The translations under genes and the position numbers were made by a program. 64,000 nt of DNA from a virus: the IMG/VR virus record IMGVR_UViG_3300035703_000061, positions 1 through 64,000 of that record. One strand, given 5' to 3'. Positions 33,731 through 43,300 of this stretch are shown piece by piece; the stretch's first letter is position 1, and every line of letters begins with the position of its first letter. The notes beneath the pieces are model-generated. The model saw nothing but the letters and a program-made list of their open reading frames with translations, had not been told where the DNA came from and ran no database searches.

Positions 33731-34924
33731 ATGAGCACCGCATCTTGTCGCTACGATTTCTCGCCCATTGAGAAATATGAGGTGACGCCCGAAGGTTACC
33801 TTCGGGCTTGGGCCTCGATTGCTCGCACTGGCATTCAGCTCTACACAGATGCTGATGGCTCAGTGCGTCGTGAATACAGGCCTGAAGAAGAAGTGGCCTC
33901 TCCCGCGAGCCTAGCCTCTTTTGCTGGCAAGGCCGTAACCGCCGAACATCCGCCCGTTCTTCTAGATGCTGACAATACTAAAGACTACCAAGTAGGATTT
34001 AGCGGCACTGAAGTGGTGTATGACAATGGTTTTGTCAAGGCTGTGATGACAATCACGGACCAAGATGCCATTGATCGTATTATGCGCGGCGATGCTCGTG
34101 AAGTTAGCGCTGGCTACAGGGTTAATTATGATCCAACGCCAGGCGTTACCGATAGCGGTGAGCATTACGACGGCATCCAAAAGGAAATCGTTGGAAATCA
34201 CATCGCCGTTGTTCGACGGGGCCGTGCTGGCCCACAGGTGAAGCTCCATCTTGATCGTCAAGATGCCGCCGATCCATCTTTAATTCAAAACACCGAGGAA
34301 CGTCTTATGACTGCAAAAGTCGTATTCGACGGCGCCGAGTTTGAGGTGAGCGAGAGCGTTGCTCTTGCGATCACCAAAGAACGGGAAGATGGCCGTATGT
34401 CCTATGAGGACATGAAGAAGAAGTACGATGGTATGGTGGCCGAAGCTTCCAAAATGAAGGAAGAAATGGACGCCATGGAAAAGGAAATGAAGGGCAAGTG
34501 CGATTCCGCTGAGGGTCGTGCTGATGCTCTGGCAGAACAAGTTGAAGAACTGACTGCTGAACTGGCTGCCGCCAAGGAGATCAACCTTGATTCCATGGTG
34601 GAAGAGCGTGTGGCTCTCATCGAGAAGGCTAAGCCTGTTCTTGATGCTGCTTATGCTTTCGCTGGCAAAACTGCCCGTGAAGTGATGGTTGATTCCATCA
34701 AAGCAGTGCGTGGCGATGAGCTTGATCTTTCTGAGAAGAGCGACGACTACGTACAGGCAATGTTTGACACCCTTTCTGAGGGTCGCAAAGATTCTGCCAC
34801 CACTGACGAGCTGCGCAAAGCCGTAGCTTCCATTGCTTCTCCGAAGTCTGCACCTTCGTCCTATATGGACATGCTGCAGAATGCTTGGAAGAAGCCCCTT
34901 TCCATCTCCAAGGAGGCTAAGTAA
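33731..34924 (+). CDS. DUF2213-type prohead protease/scaffold
   Basis: TPEGYL...IARTG..Y...EH P...EVSAGY...NHIAVV..GRAG, followed by a coiled coil. Confidence 0.88.
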   Translation: MSTASCRYDFSPIEKYEVTPEGYLRAWASIARTGIQLYTDADGSVRREYRPEEEVASPASLASFAGKAVTAEHPPVLLDADNTKDYQVGFSGTEVVYDNGFVKAVMTITDQDAIDRIMRGDAREVSAGYRVNYDPTPGVTDSGEHYDGIQKEIVGNHIAVVRRGRAGPQVKLHLDRQDAADPSLIQNTEERLMTAKVVFDGAEFEVSESVALAITKEREDGRMSYEDMKKKYDGMVAEASKMKEEMDAMEKEMKGKCDSAEGRADALAEQVEELTAELAAAKEINLDSMVEERVALIEKAKPVLDAAYAFAGKTAREVMVDSIKAVRGDELDLSEKSDDYVQAMFDTLSEGRKDSATTDELRKAVASIASPKSAPSSYMDMLQNAWKKPLSISKEAK

Positions 34925-34926
34925 TT

Positions 34927-35487
34927 ATGGCCGTAACTTTCTCTGCTTCGGGCACTGCCTCCGCTGGCGGCGTGCAACAGGCTTATAGCCTGCAGCACAA
35001 TGCACTGCTGGAAGGTCAACTGTCTGACATCCGCGACAACACTATCACCACTCGGCTTAACGAGACCGGCGCTGTTATTCCTTTCGGCAATCTTGTCGTT
35101 TACAACACTGCTGGTACCGTTGCTAATTCTGCTACTACCATCTCTGGCGCTTCTGACACTGTGCTGGGCGTTAACGTCCTCACCTATGTTGATGAAACCG
35201 CTCTGGATGCAAATAGCCGGCCTGGCGTGAAGAACCAGCAAGCCATGAACGTGGCCAATGAAGGTGCAGTTGCTGTTTATGTGACTGGCGCTGTTACTCC
35301 CGCATCTCCCGTGCGCGTGCTGTATTCCGCTAGCGGCACTGGCAAGGTTGGTCAGTTCTCCCATGCTTTTGCATCGGGCAAAACTGTTCGCCTCGCTAAC
35401 GCTCGTTTCCTTACCTCCACGACTGGCAGCGGTCTCGCTGTTCTGGAGCTGAACGGTCCGAGCTTCACCCTCTCTGCTGATTCTTGA
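34927..35487 (+). CDS. capsid decoration/cement protein
   Basis: Beta-rich, between scaffold and capsid genes; IPFG..V and G.VAV motifs. Confidence 0.75.
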   Translation: MAVTFSASGTASAGGVQQAYSLQHNALLEGQLSDIRDNTITTRLNETGAVIPFGNLVVYNTAGTVANSATTISGASDTVLGVNVLTYVDETALDANSRPGVKNQQAMNVANEGAVAVYVTGAVTPASPVRVLYSASGTGKVGQFSHAFASGKTVRLANARFLTSTTGSGLAVLELNGPSFTLSADS

Positions 35488-35503
35488 TAGGAGGCTCTTA
35501 AAA

Positions 35504-36412
35504 ATGTCTGAATTCCGTATGGATGATGCGGGCCTGTTCCTTGAGCGTCAGCTTGAGTACATTCGCCCCCAAGTCTTTGAAGTGCAGTATGCGGATATTA
35601 AATATCCCACTGTGCTGCCCGTTACTGCTGAAGCTGGTCCTGGCGCCCAGACCTTCACCTATCGCATCATGGACTCCACTGGTGAGTTCAAGCTGATTGC
35701 GGACGCTGCTGATGATCTGCCCCGTGCCGACATCAGCCAAGTGGAGAAGAGCATCAACATCCGTTCATTCGGTGGCAGCTTTGGCTACACCGTGCAAGAA
35801 CTGCGTGCTGCTCAAATGGCCAACATCGCTCTGGAGCAGCGTCGTGCTGCTGCCGTGCGTCGTGCCTATGAAGAGAAAGTGGAGAGCCTGGCTTTCTTCG
35901 GCGAAAGCTCTGTGGGTCTCGCTGGTTTCTTCAACAACTCCACTGTGGACGTTGTTGCTGCTGACAAGTGGTTCACCACTGCCGGCACCACTGCCCAGGA
36001 AATGCTGGAGCTGCTGAACTATGGCGTGACTGCCATCATCAACGGCTCGAAGATGAAGGAGCAGCCCGACACCATTCTGCTGTCCTACGCGGATTACAAC
36101 AAGATCAGCACCACTCGTAACTCCGATTCTTCGGACGTGACCGTGCTTGAGTACTTCCTGCGTACCAACCCCTACATCCGCAACGTTGAGCCCATCAACC
36201 AGTTGGAAGCTGACAACAGCCCGCTGAACACTGACCGTATGGTTGTGTACAAGCGTGATCCTGAGAAGGTGCAACTGCACATTCCTCAGCCTCTTGAGCT
36301 GTTCCCGCCCCAACAGCGTGGCCTGGAATTCATCGTTCCTGCTCACGCCCGCGTGGGTGGCGTTGCTCTTTACTATCCCAAGAGCATGATCTACGTGCAG
36401 GCATCTGCCTGA
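35504..36412 (+). CDS. major capsid protein (DUF2184-type, HK97 fold)
   Basis: FLERQLEYI, YTVQELRAA, FFG...L.GF.N, GGV..YYP; strong codon bias. Confidence 0.92.
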   Translation: MSEFRMDDAGLFLERQLEYIRPQVFEVQYADIKYPTVLPVTAEAGPGAQTFTYRIMDSTGEFKLIADAADDLPRADISQVEKSINIRSFGGSFGYTVQELRAAQMANIALEQRRAAAVRRAYEEKVESLAFFGESSVGLAGFFNNSTVDVVAADKWFTTAGTTAQEMLELLNYGVTAIINGSKMKEQPDTILLSYADYNKISTTRNSDSSDVTVLEYFLRTNPYIRNVEPINQLEADNSPLNTDRMVVYKRDPEKVQLHIPQPLELFPPQQRGLEFIVPAHARVGGVALYYPKSMIYVQASA

Positions 36413-36468
36413 GGATAGTTAATCAAGAAGAGGGGCGTTAAGCTATTAGCAATTGTTTTTCTTGAACA

Positions 36469-36855
36469 ATGCTGATTGCTTATCGTCCCGAACTTGAAAA
36501 TCCCCCTCGTGATGCAGGGTTTGGCATTATCACCAAGAGCGGGCTCATTCAACTGACGCCTGGTCTTAATCAGGAAATTCCTGACGAAAAGTGGAAGGAA
36601 GCGAAGGAGAACGGCACTGTTAAAAAGCTTCTTGCTATTGGTGCCATTGAAGAAATGAAAGAACAAGTGATGGTAGAAGACCTGCCTGAGAATGTTCAAA
36701 GCCTTAGCGAACTTCCCCTTACGCAAGCCATTCGCGCCATTGAACTCATCCATGATCCAGATCGTCTGGCAGACTGGAAGAAGATTGAAGGGCGCATTCG
36801 CGTAAGGAATGCCATTGCAAAGCGCGTTGAAGCAATTCGTATTGGGAAAGCCTGA
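36469..36855 (+). CDS. head-associated protein
   Basis: L.PGLN motif; follows the capsid gene. Confidence 0.65.
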   Translation: MLIAYRPELENPPRDAGFGIITKSGLIQLTPGLNQEIPDEKWKEAKENGTVKKLLAIGAIEEMKEQVMVEDLPENVQSLSELPLTQAIRAIELIHDPDRLADWKKIEGRIRVRNAIAKRVEAIRIGKA

Positions 36856-36857
36856 TT

Positions 36858-37169
36858 ATGGCAGTTACCTACGCAAGCTTTCTTGAGCGCTTCCCTGAAT
36901 TTAGCCCACATCCTTCTGGCATTGTTAATGGTGCCATTGCAGAAGCTTCTTACGATGCTTCTAGTGATGTGTTTGGGGATCAAACTGATAGGGCAGTCAA
37001 ATTCCTTGCTGCCCATATCATTGCCATTCAACTTGCTCAAATGGGCATTCAAATTGGTGCCACTGATGGCAAGGTATATGGTGAGGGGCTTGATGCCACT
37101 CAATACGGTCAGGAGTTTAAACGAATGACCAATAATCTTCCTCTTTCTTCTGTTGGGTTTGTGGTGTGA
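36858..37169 (+). CDS. head-tail adaptor (DUF4054-like)
   Basis: FLERFPEF...LAAH...TQYGQEF. Confidence 0.85.
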   Translation: MAVTYASFLERFPEFSPHPSGIVNGAIAEASYDASSDVFGDQTDRAVKFLAAHIIAIQLAQMGIQIGATDGKVYGEGLDATQYGQEFKRMTNNLPLSSVGFVV

Positions 37170-37555
37170 GCAATTTTCTGGAGCCACTTGCAAATGCCAC
37201 TTTGGTGTTTAATGTGGCTTCGGGCTACGCTCTCGATAGTGAAACTGGCAACTATGTGCCAGTTTCTTCTGGCGTGACGTTTTACGCCACACTCAAGCAA
37301 AAGCAAAATCCACGGTACGACCAACTATTGGGGGCTGATCTGACTGCCGTCTACATGGAAGGCAGGATGACCAGTCCTCTTACTTTGTCTGGCATAACCG
37401 TTGGCGATAGTGCTAGGGCTACCATCAATGGAAGGGAAGGAAGGTTTGAGCTATTGCCGAATGAACAAATTGCTATTCACTATTGGCAGTTCTTAGGCAC
37501 ACCAATCAGGGGAATTTTTAGACTGATTGGCAAAGGAAGCGTGGACAACGCTTAA
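37166..37555 (+). CDS. putative head closure/neck protein
   Basis: Position, size, beta-rich. Confidence 0.6.
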   Translation: MSNFLEPLANATLVFNVASGYALDSETGNYVPVSSGVTFYATLKQKQNPRYDQLLGADLTAVYMEGRMTSPLTLSGITVGDSARATINGREGRFELLPNEQIAIHYWQFLGTPIRGIFRLIGKGSVDNA

Positions 37556-37582
37556 CCCTCTTCTTTCATTGAGGAATTTCTC

Positions 37583-38161
37583 ATGCTCTACCATCCCACC
37601 GAGCTAGTGAAGAGCCAGGACGTGATTGTCCGCGTGGGCTCTATTGGCGGCACTTCTCGTCCTGTCATCACTCAATCTGGCGCTACTTTCACTGTTAGCG
37701 GCGCTCCCACTCTCTACACGCTGCAGGCAGCCACTACTGCTTCTGTTGCCTTTAACGATGGCAACCAAGAATTCTACCTGCTGGGTGGCGGTGGCTTCGC
37801 TGATAGCGTGATCGTTACCAGCCAAGCCACTGCTTCCATCACTTCCTACTTCCAGAAGGATGTTGACGGCACCGTGTTCCTGCCGAACAGCTTTGATGAA
37901 GCTTTCCAAGTGGTAAGCGCTAGCCGTTACGACAAGAACCACGAAGTGTATGTGGAAATCAACAAGCAGCTTGGCGCTTCGGGCAACACTTACTATTACG
38001 ACCGCGTGGCATTTGTTGCTTGCGTGATGAACTACAACGAGAGCTATCCTGCTGATAACCTCGTGGAAGTGACATTTGATCTGACCAGCCGTGGCCGCAT
38101 TGGTATTCACCAGAATGCTTCCGAAACTGGCAGCATCATCCCCACCGCTCCTAATTCCTGA
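37583..38161 (+). CDS. major tail tube protein
   Basis: Codon-biased, beta-rich, LVEVTFDLTSRG C-terminal strand, followed by a terminator. Confidence 0.75.
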   Translation: MLYHPTELVKSQDVIVRVGSIGGTSRPVITQSGATFTVSGAPTLYTLQAATTASVAFNDGNQEFYLLGGGGFADSVIVTSQATASITSYFQKDVDGTVFLPNSFDEAFQVVSASRYDKNHEVYVEINKQLGASGNTYYYDRVAFVACVMNYNESYPADNLVEVTFDLTSRGRIGIHQNASETGSIIPTAPNS

Positions 38162-38182
38162 TTCTTTTATTGAATCTTCGCT

Positions 38183-38210
38183 AGCCTGTTCCTACGGGAA
38201 CAGGCTTTTT
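38183..38210 (+). terminator. intrinsic terminator
   Basis: AGCCTGTTCC-TACG-GGAACAGGCT followed by T-run. Confidence 0.85.
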
Positions 38211-38211
38211 A

Positions 38212-38622
38212 ATGAACATTTCACAACTGCGCGAGACAGTTACTGAGCTGCTTTCTGCATCGCCTAATCTTATTGGCACTTATACATTGCCAAATAATTC
38301 AACGCTTCCTGCTGTGTATGTAGTGGGCAGGCAAAGCGTGCCAAAGGAATGGAAAGTGAAAGGGCTAGAAGTGACCATGCGGGAATTTCCCAATCGACTG
38401 CCTCGCGCCATGGTAGGAATGGTGCAAGTTAATCAATTGTGGGAAGTGAGGCTTGCTCAATTCACGCCGAGCAGCGCCACGTTAAATGAAGCGATGGAAA
38501 GAATGGTCAGGAGATTTCCTGATTGCACTCCGTCATATTTCCCTGGCGATGATATTGCCTACGAGCAATGCAAATTTATCATTCCCGATCGCATTGTTAA
38601 ACAATTGTATCCAGCAGGCTAA
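38212..38622 (+). CDS. putative tail terminator/completion protein
   Basis: Position and size; LPAVYV motif. Confidence 0.55.
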   Translation: MNISQLRETVTELLSASPNLIGTYTLPNNSTLPAVYVVGRQSVPKEWKVKGLEVTMREFPNRLPRAMVGMVQVNQLWEVRLAQFTPSSATLNEAMERMVRRFPDCTPSYFPGDDIAYEQCKFIIPDRIVKQLYPAG

Positions 38623-39083
38623 TGTCGGCAATTATCACTGGCGGTAGTTTTGTTAATCCTGAACACCTCGTCAATAAGCTTGCAAAAGCTTTTGAAACTT
38701 GGACGCGCTTTGATGTGAATGATCATTTTCGCGATCAATTCTTTGAGGAAAAATGGGATTACGGCAGAGATACGAAGAGGAAGAATGGAGACTTTGTCAA
38801 TGCAGGCGTTCGTGATATTTATGATCTTGGCGATCTTTACAAGAGTGGAAGAGACAGCTTTGACGTGTCTTTGTCTTCATCTGGCGCTGAGGCCACTTGG
38901 AATTGGGACGCCACCAATAGCAGTGGTCAGCCTTATGCTCGATACGTACACGACGCATTGAGAGGAACGAACGTGCCATTTGCTAGACCATGGACTCAAG
39001 ATGTTGCCATTCCAAGCCGGTTTGAGCAAAGCGCCATTAAGCAGCAGCTTTTACAACGCATTCGTTCTGCGATGGGACGATGA
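38622..39083 (+). CDS. HK97 gp10-like tail completion protein
   Basis: D.GDL..S...YARYVH...ARPW. Confidence 0.65.
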   Translation: MSAIITGGSFVNPEHLVNKLAKAFETWTRFDVNDHFRDQFFEEKWDYGRDTKRKNGDFVNAGVRDIYDLGDLYKSGRDSFDVSLSSSGAEATWNWDATNSSGQPYARYVHDALRGTNVPFARPWTQDVAIPSRFEQSAIKQQLLQRIRSAMGR

Positions 39084-39343
39084 AAATCGACTATTTATGG
39101 AGCGCTGACAATACAGTGCATGCCATTAATTGCTTAATTGATGGCGCTGCTTTAGAAGTGGGCATCCTTTGTCTTGTTTCTTGCAGGGAAACGACCATTA
39201 GAATAAGCAACGAAAATCATTCAATGCTGATTGAAGTGCCACCAGAATTCCGCTCTTCTCATGAGCGAGTGAAGGTGTACAACGCATTGTTAAACATTCT
39301 CGATCATGAGCAAATACAGCTTCCTAGTTCAAACCAAGACTGA
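39080..39343 (+). CDS. hypothetical protein
   Basis: ATGA coupling, 87 aa. Confidence 0.55.
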   Translation: MKIDYLWSADNTVHAINCLIDGAALEVGILCLVSCRETTIRISNENHSMLIEVPPEFRSSHERVKVYNALLNILDHEQIQLPSSNQD

Positions 39344-39839
39344 AGGCTATTTCGAGCTGCTGCCCGAAATCCGTCTGAAGAAATATGGCAGTTGGCTTGT
39401 TGCTGAATCCATTGAACAGGAGGAGATCAGCAAACTGCAAAGCCAAGCTACCATTCGTGCCGTTCAGCTTGCAAAGCGCATTGCTGCCTCGCGTGAGATT
39501 CCTCTAGATGAGGCCTTTGCGCTGTTGCAGGGCGGTGGCTCTATTTCAGAGGCCGAGCTGCTTTCTGAGTTCACAGAGGAGACGCTGAGCATGATCACCA
39601 GTGGATCGTCAGTGGAAGCCACTAATGCTCGCATGGTCACTGCTTTCATTCGTTCTCGTGGACAGGGCCTTATTGATGGCGAGTGGCAGGATCTTGGCGA
39701 CTGGGAGATTGAAGACACCAAAAATCTTCCTCGTAAAGCCATTGCAAAAGTGGTTGAATTTATTGCTGAAGAGCAAAACGCTGAGACGCAGGAGGCTGTA
39801 GAAGCAAAAAAAGCAGTGAAGAGGAATTCTCCTCAGTAG
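39306..39839 (+). CDS. tail assembly chaperone (lambda G-like)
   Basis: Upstream of tape measure; slippery A AAA AAA near the 3' end. Confidence 0.8.
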   Translation: MSKYSFLVQTKTEGYFELLPEIRLKKYGSWLVAESIEQEEISKLQSQATIRAVQLAKRIAASREIPLDEAFALLQGGGSISEAELLSEFTEETLSMITSGSSVEATNARMVTAFIRSRGQGLIDGEWQDLGDWEIEDTKNLPRKAIAKVVEFIAEEQNAETQEAVEAKKAVKRNSPQ

Positions 39840-40279
39840 CAGAAAGGCTTGAAGCACAAGCAAGGAAGCAGCTTAAGAGCCTGACAGATTGGAACGAAAT
39901 CTATTTCAGGCTCTCAGCTTCTGATTTCAAAGACGAGCGATGGAGCGCCAAAAATTTTGGCCTCCAGAAGCTTGATGACGTTAAGCGTGCACTGAAATAT
40001 CTTGACCGTCATGACATTGCAAAATACAATGTCGCAAGTGTTGCCGTGGCCAAGCTTGGCACTATGGCAGCAGGGATGATGGCGGGAAGAAAGAGCAAAG
40101 TAAAGCCTGAGGATTTCTTGCCGTTTGATACTAAGCAGCTTAAGAAAGAAGATGGCGTGACAGATGCAAGCTTGATTGTTCTACAGCGTCTGATGAAGAC
40201 AAGAAGAATGGACGGGCGCGTTATTGCATTGCTTGCTGATGAAATGAAGGCTTTTGCTGGGCGCAATCAAGAGCAATGA
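39806..40279 (+). CDS. tail assembly chaperone extension (GT-like) via -1 frameshift
   Basis: -1 frame is open from 39785 to 40279; KPEDFLPF motif. Confidence 0.8.
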   Translation, partial: KKSSEEEFSSVAERLEAQARKQLKSLTDWNEIYFRLSASDFKDERWSAKNFGLQKLDDVKRALKYLDRHDIAKYNVASVAVAKLGTMAAGMMAGRKSKVKPEDFLPFDTKQLKKEDGVTDASLIVLQRLMKTRRMDGRVIALLADEMKAFAGRNQEQ

Positions 40280-40313
40280 TTATAGAATGAAGGGAAAGTA
40301 AGCGAAAATTAAA

Positions 40314-43300
40314 ATGGCAGCTCAAGACGCCGAACTAAAGCTGAAGGTAAGTCTTGATCTGGCGTTTCTTAGGCAGCAATTAAGCACGATTGGCACGCAG
40401 CTCGCTGGACAAGGCATTGATATCAGCGCCGAAATTGACAAAGATGACGTAGTAAAACAATACAATTTACTTGCCAAAACTTTAGAAAGTAAGACTATTC
40501 GGCTAAAAGTTGAAAGTACCACGCTTGACTCTCTTGTTATTAAGGCCGCAAACCTTAAGAAAAACCTTGAAGAATTTGGCAAGCAAGATATTTCCTTAGA
40601 TATTAAAATTGCCAGCAATATTGCCGATCTGCGTAAAAGCATCAAGGATAAACTTCCTTCTGTTGCTATTGATACTCATCTTAATGAACCCGTAAATGTT
40701 TACGACTTTATTCGCGATGTAGCGAAAAAAGTCGACGATCAAGTGAAGAAAAGCTATGTAGCAGGCGGAATTCCTATTGTTACAAAGCTTGCATTGCCCG
40801 GACTCGCGGATCCGCTGAAAGCTCTGCAGAAAAATTTAAATCAAAGAGATCCGCTGCGAGCAAAAGTTGGCACAACCCCATCAATTCAAAAGTCAGATGT
40901 GACAGCATTCAAGACTGCTGTCAGTGAAAAATTCAAGGACATCACTGTAAAAGTTAAAGCTGAGCTTGAAACTGCCACCGCTGCTGCGCAAGGCGCTACT
41001 ACTGGGCCTTCTCGCACTTTCTTGCAAGAGCTAAAAGACTTAGACAAGAGCGTCCTTCAGAGCATTTACAAAGCCGCTGGCGAAGATGCGTTACTGGCAT
41101 TTGATGAAGGAATTATTAACAACAAAACAAAAATGGCGCAAGCCTTAAATAAGGCTGCGGAAGATGCAAGCGCTGGCTTTATTGCCGCCCTTGAAAACAA
41201 GAAGAGCGCGTTATTCAAGGCAGCAGGCGAATATGGAGGCGCATTGCTTAGCGGCCTCAGAAAAACTCTCAAGATTCAATCCCCTTCAAGGGAGATGTTT
41301 GATATTGGCGATGATGCGGGTAAAGGTTTTGAGCTTGGCTTATTAAAGGCCTTAGAGCTGGCAGAAAAGTCTGCTACTAATCAAATGCGACGGATGTTAG
41401 ACCGTCTCGCTCGCATGGCGCTCATGATGGGAGGCATGAGTGCTGCAGCAATTAACAGGCAAGTTGCACAGTCAAGAGCATTGCCTAGCGTTAATTTCCC
41501 CGCGACTGTACCGCCTCGTCAAAGCATCCCCATTGGACCTTCTGGAACAGGCAGGGCGTTGCCTCCTGGCGCTATTCCTCAAGCTCTGCCTGGCACTGCT
41601 TTTGGCGCTCAAAAATATCTTCCTACCAATCTTGGCATTGAATTACAGCAAATTCTGCAAAAAGCTGCATATGCTTTTGTTGATGCAGTTCGACGAGAAG
41701 TGAGAACTGTAAAAATTGGCATTGGCGCTTCAATGCAAGCAGCTCTTCCTGCTGCTCGCATTGCTGGCTTGCTTCCTTCTGCTGTTGGCCGCGCTCCTAG
41801 TACTTATTCCACAGGAGCAATTGGCGGTGAATCACGCGAGCAAATGATGGCGCGGCGTACAGCAGAAGCTTATGCACGTTCTGCGTTGCGTGGGATGGAT
41901 GTAATGGGAGGAGGGGCTGGTCGCCCTCCGTCTCCTTATAGCTATGCGTATAGGAGTGCAAGGCCAACCAGCGCAATTATTCCCTATGCACAGCCCGGTG
42001 CAATTGTGCCGTCACCCGTTGCTGGCGAGGGAGGAGCAGTGCCTCCTGTGGGCGGCGGTGGAGGCATGCGAGGGATGGGAGGAATGGGCGGCTTTGGTCG
42101 TGCATTGGGAGGCGTTAATCTTCCTGGCGCAGGAGCCATTCGTGAACTTGGTCAAGAATTTGCTTTTGCTACGCAGCAAGTATTGCTCTTTGGTCAAGCA
42201 TATAAAATGCTTGCCTTTATTCAGAATTTTCCGACACAAGTTGGAGCGGCGGTAAGTCAGCTTCAAAACTTCCGCAATACTCTTGGTGCCATTTCTCCAA
42301 CCGCAGAAGAAGCGGCATCTTCTAATCGTTTAATTCTTGATTTGGTTGAGAAATATAATGTGCCGCTGCAGTCGGCACGAGATGGCTTTACGAAGCTTTA
42401 TGCTTCTATGGCTCCTGCTGGCTTTAGCGGAGATGAAATCAGGAATTTATTCACTGGCATTACGCAAGCTGCTGCCACATTTGGCATGAGCGCAGACAAA
42501 GTGGATCGCGTAAATTATGCCTTTGCTCAAATGGCAAGCAAAGGACAAGTGATGAGCGAAGAGCTGAAAGGACAGTTAGGCGATGTACTACCTGGCGCTA
42601 TGGCAATTTTTGCAAAGGCCGCTGGATTTGAAGGGTCAAAAGCTATTCAAGACTTTTCTGCGGAGTTAGAAGCTGGCAGATACAAAGGCGAGGCGATGGT
42701 CGCATTGCTTAAAAATGTTGGCATTGTAATGAGGCAGGAATTCGGCTCTGGAGCCGAAGGCGCAGCTTTGACTTTTCAAGGCATTATTAATCGCATGCAA
42801 AATTCAATGATCCTCTTATATGAGAGCTTTGAGCCTGTTGCCGTGGGATTTTTGAATACTGTCGTTGTGCCATTAACTGATGGAATTAGGCAAATTTCCG
42901 ATGGATTTAATGCTTTCTTTACTGGAGCAGCAACAAAAACGAGCGGCGGCTTTGGAATAGCCCAAGAACTTGAACGTCTTAAGCCGACATTTGAAGGCCT
43001 TGGCCAAAACGTAAAAGCTTTGATTGAGCAATTTGGTCAATTTGCTCGGGCCGGGCTAGAAGTGGGCAAGGTGTTATTGCAAATTGCGGGCAATCCATTC
43101 GTTGGTTACCTCGCGCGTGTATATGCTGCTGTGCTCCCGTTGACGCTGGCAATTCAGGTTCTAAATTTAAGAGCCCTTGTTCCCTTGATTGCTAGTTTTG
43201 TGCGCGCCATTCCAGTGTTTGTTACTTATACAGCGGCAACTGCTCAAGGTGTTACCGCCAACAAGGCATTGCAGTTAGCGATGGTAACTACAGGGAAAAC

